Part shown: one piece after another, positions 19,007 through 27,059 of the stretch
Position numbering within the stretch: the stretch's first letter is position 1
Layout of the letters: each line of letters opens with the position of its first letter
Sequence record: DRR378314_740
Length of the DNA: 48,913 bases
Strand: one strand, 5' to 3'
Translations under genes and position numbers: made by a program
The notes under the pieces: generated by a model
Seen by the model: only the letters and a program-made list of their open reading frames with translations
What the model was told of the DNA's origin: nothing
The model's database searches: none

Positions 19007-19079
19007 AACATGTTATTGGACATCCAGGGCGGCCTGGACAATGGTATGGCTATAGTCGCAGCCATTAGTTCCAGTAATG

Positions 19080-19095
19080 ATGAGTGACTGCTCAA
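19080..19095. promoter_or_regulatory. TetR-type operator between the ECF gene and the reductase operon
   Basis: Reverse complement TTGAGCAGTCACTCAT matches 13/16 of the 11459 operator. Confidence 0.6.
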
Positions 19096-19116
19096 AAAAT
19101 TTTAGACCCGGGCTGC

Positions 19117-19143
19117 TGTAACATCCAGCGCTTTGGCGTGTCT
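19117..19143 (+). promoter_or_regulatory. ECF-type promoter for the reductase-radical SAM operon
   Basis: TGTAAC-N15-GTGTCT. Confidence 0.75.
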
Positions 19144-19184
19144 CTCAGAGCAACCGTTTTCACTTTTAATCTATGGATTTAGCT

Positions 19185-21374
19185 ATGAACTCCAAAAAGC
19201 TCGTTTTGCTGCTGGTTATCGGTGCCCTGGTGGCATTGTTTATTGGCTTTGGCGGCCACGAGATACTGACGCTGGAAAACCTGCAGAGACACCAGGCGTC
19301 CATTGACCAGTGGATCAGTCAGAACCTGCTGGTGGCGGTGCTTGGCTTTGCCGGTGTCTATGTTGTGGTGACCGCGCTTTCATTGCCCGGTGCCGCGATC
19401 ATGACCCTGGCCGGCGGCGCGTTTTTCGGAAATATCTACGGGCTGATTGCGGTGTCCATTGCCTCAACCATTGGTGCCTCCCTCGCCTTTCTGGTAGCTC
19501 GCTTCCTGATGCGCGATACCCTGCGCAACAAGTACGCTGAAACCGTAGCGAAGATGGATCGTGGCATTCAGAAAGACGGCGCCTTTTACCTGGCAACGCT
19601 GAGATTGGTGCCGGTGTTTCCTTTCTTCCTGATCAACCTGGCCATGGGTTTGACGGCCATGAAGCTGAAAACCTATGCGCTGGTCAGTTGGGCGGCGATG
19701 CTGCCGGGCACTTTTGTGTACGTAAACGCAGGCACGCAGCTGTCGACGATTGAGTCCACTGGCGACATTGTCTCTGCGAACATTCTGCTCTCTTTCGCCC
19801 TACTGGGTATCTTCCCGCTGATTGCCAAGTTCATTGTCGGCTTTATCCGCAAACGCCGGGTGTACGCCGGCTGGCAGAAGCCTGAATCGTTTGACTACAA
19901 CCTGCTGGTGATCGGTGGTGGTTCTGCTGGGCTGGTGTCAGCCTATATTGCCGCCGCGGTGAAGGCCAAGGTGGCACTCATTGAGCGAGACAAGATGGGG
20001 GGCGACTGCCTGAACACTGGCTGCGTGCCGTCCAAGGCCCTGATCCGCAGCGCCAAGGCCGCCGACACCCTGCGCCACGCCAACCGCTATGGCCTGGAAT
20101 CGGTCCCGGTGAAGGGCTCCTTCAAAAATATCATGAACCGCGTTCAGGACGTGATTGCCCAGGTGGAACCCCACGACTCGCCCGAGCGCTATCGAAAACT
20201 GGGTGTTGACTGCATCGCTGGCACCGCGAGTTTCGTATCGCCCTGGGAGTTGGAGGTTGTCCACAATGACGGCCGCACCGAGCGCCTGACCGCTCGCAGT
20301 ATTGTCGTCGCTACCGGTGGCAAACCGGCCATGCCACCGATTCCCGGGCTGGCGGACATGGAACCACTGACGTCTGATAACCTCTGGTTGCTGGATGTGC
20401 AGCCTGAGCGTCTGTTGGTGCTCGGTGGCGGCCCCATTGGCTCTGAACTGGCTCACGCTTTCGCACGTCTGGGCAGCAAAGTGACCCAAGTGGAAATGGG
20501 CGAGCGCCTACTGGCCAAGGAAGACGCTGATGTCTCTGACGTCATCCGTAAACGGTTTGAGCAGGACGGTATTGATCTTCGGTTGAACCATGCGGCGAAA
20601 GAGTTTGCGGTGGAAGACGGAGAAAACGTGGCGTACTGCGAACACAACGGCGAACGCGTGAGGATTCCGTTTGACCAGGTTCTGGTGGCCGTTGGCCGTG
20701 CCGCCCGCACTGATGGCCTGGGGCTGGAAAAAATCGGGGTGGACACCCTGCCCAATGGCACGGTGCCGGTGGAAGAAGACATGAGTCTGCGCTTCCCCAA
20801 TGTCTTCGCCTGCGGCGATGTGGCTGGCCCCTACCAGTTTACCCACGCGGCGGCTCATCAGGCCTGGTACGCGGCGGTGAATGGTCTGTTCGGGCAGTTC
20901 AAGCGGTTCAAAGTCGATTACCGGGTGATGCCCTGGGTGACCTTTACCTCGCCAGAAGTGGCCAGGGTCGGGCTGAGCGAGGCGGAAGCAAAAGAGAAAG
21001 GTGTGGCTTACGAGGTCACGCGTTATGGCTTGGACGATCTGGACCGGGCCATCGCCGAGAGCGAAGCCTATGGCTTTATCAAAGTGCTGACGCCGCCGGG
21101 CAAGGATAAGATTCTGGGTGCCGTGGTGGTGGGTGCGCACGCCGGTGAAATACTGGCGGAGTTCACCCTCGCCATGAAGCACGGGCTGGGCCTGAACAAG
21201 ATTCTCGGCACCATCCACCCCTACCCGACCTGGAACGAATCCGCCAAATACGCGGCCGGCGAGTGGAAGCGTGAACACGCGCCCCAGGGAATTCTCAAAC
21301 TGCTTGAAAAGCTTCACGGCTGGCGTCGCGGCAAGCGGGCCGAAGACAAAGCCGCACGAGAAATCACAACGTAA
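19185..21374 (+). CDS. Fusion of an N-terminal DedA/VTT membrane domain and a flavin disulfide reductase (LpdA/MerA/RclA superfamily)
   Basis: VTT motif LRLVPVFPFFLINLAMG; GGGSAG, GGDCLNTGCVPSK, GGGPIG, TIHPYPT. Alternative start 19173. Confidence 0.9.
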   Translation: MNSKKLVLLLVIGALVALFIGFGGHEILTLENLQRHQASIDQWISQNLLVAVLGFAGVYVVVTALSLPGAAIMTLAGGAFFGNIYGLIAVSIASTIGASLAFLVARFLMRDTLRNKYAETVAKMDRGIQKDGAFYLATLRLVPVFPFFLINLAMGLTAMKLKTYALVSWAAMLPGTFVYVNAGTQLSTIESTGDIVSANILLSFALLGIFPLIAKFIVGFIRKRRVYAGWQKPESFDYNLLVIGGGSAGLVSAYIAAAVKAKVALIERDKMGGDCLNTGCVPSKALIRSAKAADTLRHANRYGLESVPVKGSFKNIMNRVQDVIAQVEPHDSPERYRKLGVDCIAGTASFVSPWELEVVHNDGRTERLTARSIVVATGGKPAMPPIPGLADMEPLTSDNLWLLDVQPERLLVLGGGPIGSELAHAFARLGSKVTQVEMGERLLAKEDADVSDVIRKRFEQDGIDLRLNHAAKEFAVEDGENVAYCEHNGERVRIPFDQVLVAVGRAARTDGLGLEKIGVDTLPNGTVPVEEDMSLRFPNVFACGDVAGPYQFTHAAAHQAWYAAVNGLFGQFKRFKVDYRVMPWVTFTSPEVARVGLSEAEAKEKGVAYEVTRYGLDDLDRAIAESEAYGFIKVLTPPGKDKILGAVVVGAHAGEILAEFTLAMKHGLGLNKILGTIHPYPTWNESAKYAAGEWKREHAPQGILKLLEKLHGWRRGKRAEDKAAREITT

Positions 21375-21411
21375 ACCGTTTTAATAGATTCAACGCAAAC
21401 ACGGAGCAGCT

Positions 21412-22374
21412 ATGCCCCTGACCCAAACCGCCGAAAAACGCATACCCGCCGTGGAAGTGCTGGAACCCAGGGCCCACGACAGCTGGACCCACACCCGCAA
21501 CGGCGACCCGCGCGGCTACATTGATTCCGACAGGCTCAAGGAGCTGTGGATTCACACCGGCACCGCCTGCAACCTGGCCTGCCCATTCTGTCTGGAGGGG
21601 TCGCACCCCGGCGATGGCCGTATTCCAGGCATGAAGCTGAGCGACGTGAAGCCGTTTATCCACGAAGCCCTGGACATGGGCGTGGAGCAGTTTTCCTTCA
21701 CCGGCGGCGAGCCCTTCGTGATCCGCGATTTCGTGAACATCCTGGATTACGCCAGCCACCACCGCCCCTGCTTTGTGCTCACCAACGCGACCGACCCGCT
21801 GCTCAAACGCAAACACCAGGTGCTGCCGCTGCTGGACAACCCCTACCGGATCCACTTCCGTGTCAGCCTGGACTTCCCCGACCGCGCCCGCCACGACGTG
21901 GACCGTGGCGAGGGCAGTTTCGACAAGGCATTGGAGGGTATCCGCTGGCTGGTGGATCAGGGATTCCAGGTGTCGATTGCCCGCCAGACCGATCCGGAGG
22001 AGATTCCGGCGGATGTGGAGGCGGCTTTCCGCGAGATTCTGCGGGACTGGGGTATTTCCGAGACCCTGGCGTTTACCGCGTTCCCGGACCTCGGTACGCC
22101 GGGCTCCGAAGACGGTAGCCCAGAGATCACGGAAACCTGCATGGAGAAGTACCCGACCAAGGAAGCGCGGTCGCATTTCATGTGCACTTATACGCGAATG
22201 CTGGTCAAGCGGAACGATCAGGTGCGGGTGTATGCCTGTACGTTGGTGGATGATGATCCGCAGTATGACCTTGGGGGGACGCTGGCGGAGAGCATGGATG
22301 AGCGGATTATGCTTCGGCATCACCGGTGTTTTGCCTGTTATCGGTTTGGGGCTAGTTGTTCGGCGCCTGGGTAG
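21412..22374 (+). CDS. Radical SAM protein with Cys-rich C-terminus (distantly ArsS-like)
   Basis: CNLACPFC, FTGGEPF, VLTNA, RVSLD; C-terminal FMC...YAC...RCFACYRFGASC. Confidence 0.9.
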   Translation: MPLTQTAEKRIPAVEVLEPRAHDSWTHTRNGDPRGYIDSDRLKELWIHTGTACNLACPFCLEGSHPGDGRIPGMKLSDVKPFIHEALDMGVEQFSFTGGEPFVIRDFVNILDYASHHRPCFVLTNATDPLLKRKHQVLPLLDNPYRIHFRVSLDFPDRARHDVDRGEGSFDKALEGIRWLVDQGFQVSIARQTDPEEIPADVEAAFREILRDWGISETLAFTAFPDLGTPGSEDGSPEITETCMEKYPTKEARSHFMCTYTRMLVKRNDQVRVYACTLVDDDPQYDLGGTLAESMDERIMLRHHRCFACYRFGASCSAPG

Positions 22375-22424
22375 TTTTTTTGGCTTTGGGAGATGGGCTT
22401 TGTAGGACTGGTTGCTGGGGATTG

Positions 22425-22521
22425 GCGGCCTGGGGGTGGTGTTTTATTTCCTTGGGAAAAAGAACTCGCTTCGCTCAGACACCTTTTTCCTGGCGGAAAT
22501 AAAACACCACCCCCAGACCGC
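22425..22521. repeat. Long palindromic intergenic element (REP/MITE-like hairpin)
   Basis: Perfect 22-bp inverted repeat (22430-22451 / 22495-22516), inner GGAAAAAG/CTTTTTCC stem, loop AACTCGCTTCGCTCAGACAC. Confidence 0.8.
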
Positions 22522-22576
22522 GGTTGAGTCACTGCAATTCGTTGGATTAAAACAAATAACGAGGAAAAGACAGACA

Positions 22577-23980
22577 ATGAACTTCACGGAAGCGACCCTG
22601 TTTTGGGGGTTTTTGGTTGTTTATGGGGTGGTGATGTATGTGTTGTCGCCCAAGAGCAAGAACGCCAATTCGTTCTACAAGGGGGCGGATGATCAGGGGA
22701 ATCCGGTGGGGCAGTGGTCGCTGACGGCGAGTATTTTTATCAGCTGGATCTTTGCCAAGTCGGTCACCAACGCTGCCAACCTGGGGGCGGCCTATGGTGT
22801 GACCGGGGGGCTAGCGTATGCCAGTTACTGGCTGTCGATTCCGGTGGCCGGTTATATCATCTATCTGATTCGCACGCAGACCGGTGCCCGCAGCCTGCAG
22901 GATTTCCTCACCTCCCGCTTTGGCCGACTCGCCAGTCTGGCGTTTGCGGCGGCGATTCTGATTCGGTTGTACAACGAAGTTTGGAGTAACACTGCCGTGG
23001 TGGGTGGTTACTTCGGGCTGCCTGGGGAGTGGGAATACTACGTGGCCGCCATGCTGTTTACCGCCTTTACCCTCGCCTACAGTCTCAAGGGCGGTTTGCG
23101 GTCGTCGATCTTCACCGACGTGATCCAGGCCTTCGTGTTTGTGTTCTTTGTCGGGGCGGTGCTGTTCCTGATTGTGCCGGCTAACGACACCAGCGCCCTG
23201 CTGACCAATGGCGAGTTCAAACTGAACGCCGGGTTTGATCTGTTGCTGGTGGCATTGCTCCAGATGTTCAGCTACCCCTTCCATGATCCTGTGCTGACGG
23301 ATCGCGGTTTCGTGAACAAAGAAAAAACCATGCTCAAGAGCTTTGTGGTGGCCGGGCTGCTGGGCTTTGTGGCGGTGTTTATCTTCAGTCTGGTGGGGGT
23401 GCATGCGCGACTGAATGGCATCGAGGCCATGGGTAATGCCCCGGCTGCGGTGGGGCAATCGCTGGGACTGGCGGCGTTGTTCTTCATGAGCGTGGTGATG
23501 ATGACGTCTGCCGGTTCCACGCTCGATTCCACTTTCAGCTCCCTGGCCAAGTCGCTGGCGGTGGATCTGCCGCGGCTGGCGAAGCGGGCGAAAGACCGCT
23601 TGCCGAGTGTGCGAGTGGGTGCGGTTATCATGATTGTCTTCGCACTGCTGGGTAACCTGCCGATGTTTGCCGGTACCGACATTCTCAAGGCCACGACCAT
23701 TTCCGGCACCATGGTGATGGGGCTGGCGCCGGTGTTCCTGTTCTATGGGTTTACACGGTGGTCGCCCTGGAGTTTCCACCTGAGCTTCTGGACCGGTCTG
23801 GGGCTGGGTGTGTTGCTCGCAACGGGCCTGATTCCGGCAAGTTGGGCCATTGGTGACGGAAAATACGCCATGCTGCTGGGTGTGAACGCCTACGGCTTCC
23901 TGATCTGTTCCGCTGGATTCTTCGTGCCGCTGATTGTTCGCCGGCTTGCCGGGCGTTCATTGGCGGCGGGCGAAGCGTAA
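22577..23980 (+). CDS. Sodium:solute symporter family transporter
   Basis: ATG 22577 with GAGG upstream; many TM segments; YSLKGGLRSSIFTDVIQ and SAGSTLDS SSF motifs. Confidence 0.88.
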   Translation: MNFTEATLFWGFLVVYGVVMYVLSPKSKNANSFYKGADDQGNPVGQWSLTASIFISWIFAKSVTNAANLGAAYGVTGGLAYASYWLSIPVAGYIIYLIRTQTGARSLQDFLTSRFGRLASLAFAAAILIRLYNEVWSNTAVVGGYFGLPGEWEYYVAAMLFTAFTLAYSLKGGLRSSIFTDVIQAFVFVFFVGAVLFLIVPANDTSALLTNGEFKLNAGFDLLLVALLQMFSYPFHDPVLTDRGFVNKEKTMLKSFVVAGLLGFVAVFIFSLVGVHARLNGIEAMGNAPAAVGQSLGLAALFFMSVVMMTSAGSTLDSTFSSLAKSLAVDLPRLAKRAKDRLPSVRVGAVIMIVFALLGNLPMFAGTDILKATTISGTMVMGLAPVFLFYGFTRWSPWSFHLSFWTGLGLGVLLATGLIPASWAIGDGKYAMLLGVNAYGFLICSAGFFVPLIVRRLAGRSLAAGEA

Positions 23981-23991
23981 GGGGGCGGGTG

Positions 23992-24942
23992 ATGACCGAA
24001 GGCCGAACCTGCCCTCTGGCGTATCGCTACAGCCCTGCAGAGTTATGTTCGGCCCCCCAACAGGCGACCGGTGATGTGCTGTACGTCATTGGTGGCCTTT
24101 ACGGGAACCCCTATGCCCTGGATGAGATTGAGCGGATGGCCCAGGCGGAGGAGCGCCAGGGGCATCGGGTCACACTGGTGTTTAACGGGGATTTCAACTG
24201 GTTCAACGCCAGTGACCGTCTGTTCCGCGAGATCAACAACCGGGTGCTGGACCATACCGTCATCCTGGGCAATGTGGATTATGAGTTGGCCAACGCCAAT
24301 GAAGGCGCTGGCTGCGGCTGTGCCTATCCGGACTTTGTGGATGAGGGCGTGGTGGAACGTTCCAACGCCATCATGGAGCGGTTGCAGGCGGTGGCCGGAG
24401 ATCACCCGGATATCCAGGCCCGGTTGTCCTTGCTACCACGGTATCGGTGCCTGTTATTTGGAGGCCTAAAGGTTTTGGTGGTTCATGGAGATCCCGAATC
24501 CTTGGCGGGGTGGGGGTTGGCCCATGAATCCTTTGTGGCCGGCAACGAGTCGACGCTTGCGGGCTGGTTCGATCAGACCGGTGCCGACGTGATCGTTTCC
24601 ACCCACACCTGCCTGCCGGTGCTCTGGTCTGAGCGCCTGGAGGGGCGTTGTCGAGTCGTTGCCAATAATGGCTCGGCGGGGATGGGTAACCTGTTCGAGG
24701 ACCCGCGGGGGCTGATCACTCGCATCGGTCTGGCAAGCCCCGTGGCTGAGCCCGTTGTCGGTCTTGAATGCGAAGGATTGAGTGTCACCCTGTTGCCGGT
24801 CGACTACGATCTTGATGCCTGGCTCTCGCAGTTCGACCGACGTTGGCCGGCCGGTTCCGCGGCAGCGGTGTCATACCGAAATCGGATCGTTGGAGGGACG
24901 TTACTCCGTGCAGAGGACGTCACATTTCCGCGTCGTATTTAA
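23992..24942 (+). CDS. Metallophosphoesterase-fold protein with degenerate motifs
   Basis: IGGLYGN, FNGDF, LGNVD, VVHGDP, STHTC, VANNGSAG in calcineurin-like motif order; extra GAGCGCAYP. Confidence 0.75.
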   Translation: MTEGRTCPLAYRYSPAELCSAPQQATGDVLYVIGGLYGNPYALDEIERMAQAEERQGHRVTLVFNGDFNWFNASDRLFREINNRVLDHTVILGNVDYELANANEGAGCGCAYPDFVDEGVVERSNAIMERLQAVAGDHPDIQARLSLLPRYRCLLFGGLKVLVVHGDPESLAGWGLAHESFVAGNESTLAGWFDQTGADVIVSTHTCLPVLWSERLEGRCRVVANNGSAGMGNLFEDPRGLITRIGLASPVAEPVVGLECEGLSVTLLPVDYDLDAWLSQFDRRWPAGSAAAVSYRNRIVGGTLLRAEDVTFPRRI

Positions 24943-25029
24943 CGGATTTGTCACTGGCGGATGGTGCAATACGGTCTATTCTGAACGTGTAAGAGGAAGT
25001 GTGTATCGGGTGTGCTCCGGACCGCCGAC

Positions 25030-25057
25030 TTGAAATATATTTTGTGGTCTATATAAT
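25030..25057 (+). promoter_or_regulatory. Sigma70 promoter of the ect operon overlapped by an EctR-like operator
   Basis: TTGAAA-N16-TATAAT; TATTTTGT-GG-TCTATATA at 25038-25055. Confidence 0.7.
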
Positions 25058-25092
25058 TTACCGCTAACTTTTTGAGGCGAATCGATCACGTT

Positions 25093-25608
25093 ATGACATC
25101 AGAAGGCTCGAATACCACCGCCATCACCCTCCGCACGCCGGTCAAGGATGATGGCTACAGGCTCCACCAGTTGGTCGCGGAATGCCCGCCGCTGGACCCC
25201 AACTCAATCTACTGCAACCTCCTGCAGTGCAGCCACTTTGCCGAAACCGGCGTGGCGGCTGAGATAAACGGCGATCTGGTCGGCTTTATTTCAGGATATA
25301 TCCCTCCCCAACAGCCCGAAACCGTTTTTGTCTGGCAGGTGGCCGTGCACGAGAAAGGTCGTGGACAGGGTCTTGCCAAGCGGATGCTCAAGGCGATCGT
25401 GGCCCGGGACGCTTGCAAGGGCGTTACCCACATGGAAACCACCATCACTGAAGACAATGAGGCTTCCTGGGCGCTTTTCCGGTCCTTTGCCCGTGATATG
25501 GGTGCAGAACTCACTTACCACGAGCACTTCGAGAAAGACACCCACTTTGGCGGCAAGCACGACTCTGAGTTCCTGCTCCGCATCGGGCCTTTCACAAAGT
25601 CGGTGTAA
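25093..25608 (+). CDS. ectA: Diaminobutyrate acetyltransferase
   Basis: CPPLDPNSIYCNLLQCSHF, VFVWQVAV, METTITEDNEASWALF. Confidence 0.96.
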   Translation: MTSEGSNTTAITLRTPVKDDGYRLHQLVAECPPLDPNSIYCNLLQCSHFAETGVAAEINGDLVGFISGYIPPQQPETVFVWQVAVHEKGRGQGLAKRMLKAIVARDACKGVTHMETTITEDNEASWALFRSFARDMGAELTYHEHFEKDTHFGGKHDSEFLLRIGPFTKSV

Positions 25609-25739
25609 CCGTCTTTCCGAATGATCGATACCCCTGTCTGGATCAGCCGGCAGATTGCTGAGGTGAATCTGTCACAACGGCTTTAACCAACGTGCCACCG
25701 CACAGCTACCTCGAACCTGACATGCTAAGAGGCAAGACA

Positions 25740-27008
25740 ATGGAACTTTTCAAGTCGACCGAATCCGAAGTACGTGTTTATTCCCGCGCCTTTCCGGTGA
25801 TTTTCAATCGTGCGAAGAACGCGCACCTGTACACCGAAGATGGCAAGGAATACCTGGATTTTCTGGCCGGCGCCGGGTCATTGAATTATGGCCACAACAA
25901 CGACATTCTCAAAAAAGCGCTGCTCGAGTACATTGAAAGCGATGGTGTCAGCCAGGGGCTGGATATGTTTACCACCGCCAAGCACGATTTCATCGAGTCC
26001 TACAAAAAGCACATCCTGGACCCGCGTGGCCTGAACTACAAAATGCAGTTCACCGGCCCGACCGGCACCAACTGTGTGGAAGCGGCGCTGAAACTGGCCC
26101 GCAAGGTGAAAGGCCGTAATGGCATTGTGTCCTTCACCAACGGCTTCCACGGCGTGACCATGGGCGCGGTGGCGGCCACGGGCAACAAGCACCACCGTGG
26201 TGGTGTCGGTACCCCGCTGGGCAACGTGGATTTCATGTTCTATGACGGCTACCTGGGTGACAACGTGGACACCCTGGAGATCATGGACAAGGTATTGTCG
26301 GATGGCTCTTCCGGCTTTGAGCTGCCGGCGGCGGTGATCGTTGAAGCGGTGCAGGGTGAAGGCGGCCTGAACGCGGCCCGAGCCGAATGGCTGCAAGGGC
26401 TCGAGAAGCTGTGCAAGAAGCACGATATCCTTCTGATCGTCGACGATATCCAGGCGGGGAACGGCCGCACGGGTGAATTCTTCAGCTTTGAGTTCGCGGG
26501 TATCAAACCGGACATCGTGACGGTGTCCAAGTCTCTGAGCGGTTATGGTCTGCCCATGGCGCTGGTGTTGTTCAAGCCGGAACTGGATGTCTGGGGCCCG
26601 GGTGAGCACAACGGCACCTTCCGGGGTAACAACATGGCCTTCGTTACCGCTCGGGCGGCCGTTGAGACATACTGGAAAGACGACGCCTTCGCGAACGAGG
26701 TCAAAGCCAAGACCCAGGTGCTGGGCGACGGGCTTCAGGCCATCTGTGACAAGTATCCCGGCGAATTCCGCATGAAAGGCCGGGGCATGATGCGTGGTAT
26801 CGAAGCCACACACGCCGAAGTAACGGACAGGATCACCAGTCGTGCCTTTGAAAAGGGGCTGATTATTGAAACCAGCGGTCCCAACGACGAAGTGATCAAG
26901 TGCCTGATGCCGCTGACCACCAGCGAGGACGATCTTCGCAAAGGTGCTAAACTTTTGGCTGAAAGCGTGGATGAAATCATGCAGGAAGGGATGAGCAAGG
27001 CCTCTTGA
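25740..27008 (+). CDS. ectB: Diaminobutyrate-2-oxoglutarate transaminase
   Basis: [48 protein letters not shown]. Confidence 0.97.
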   Translation: MELFKSTESEVRVYSRAFPVIFNRAKNAHLYTEDGKEYLDFLAGAGSLNYGHNNDILKKALLEYIESDGVSQGLDMFTTAKHDFIESYKKHILDPRGLNYKMQFTGPTGTNCVEAALKLARKVKGRNGIVSFTNGFHGVTMGAVAATGNKHHRGGVGTPLGNVDFMFYDGYLGDNVDTLEIMDKVLSDGSSGFELPAAVIVEAVQGEGGLNAARAEWLQGLEKLCKKHDILLIVDDIQAGNGRTGEFFSFEFAGIKPDIVTVSKSLSGYGLPMALVLFKPELDVWGPGEHNGTFRGNNMAFVTARAAVETYWKDDAFANEVKAKTQVLGDGLQAICDKYPGEFRMKGRGMMRGIEATHAEVTDRITSRAFEKGLIIETSGPNDEVIKCLMPLTTSEDDLRKGAKLLAESVDEIMQEGMSKAS

Positions 27009-27059
27009 GACGCCGGTTAATTCCCCAAATTCATTCTGCAGGATAACGACGGTAACACT

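Noticed and set aside
19185-21374. Mercuric reductase MerA / mer operon
   Set aside because: No C-terminal Cys-Cys pair, no NmerA domain, and no merR/T/P nearby.
22425-22521. CRISPR repeat or IS ends
   Set aside because: Single copy in the window, no spacers, no cas or transposase gene.
22412-22576. N-terminal extension of the symporter given by the ORF track
   Set aside because: It runs through the palindromic element; ATG 22577 has an RBS and begins the hydrophobic domain.
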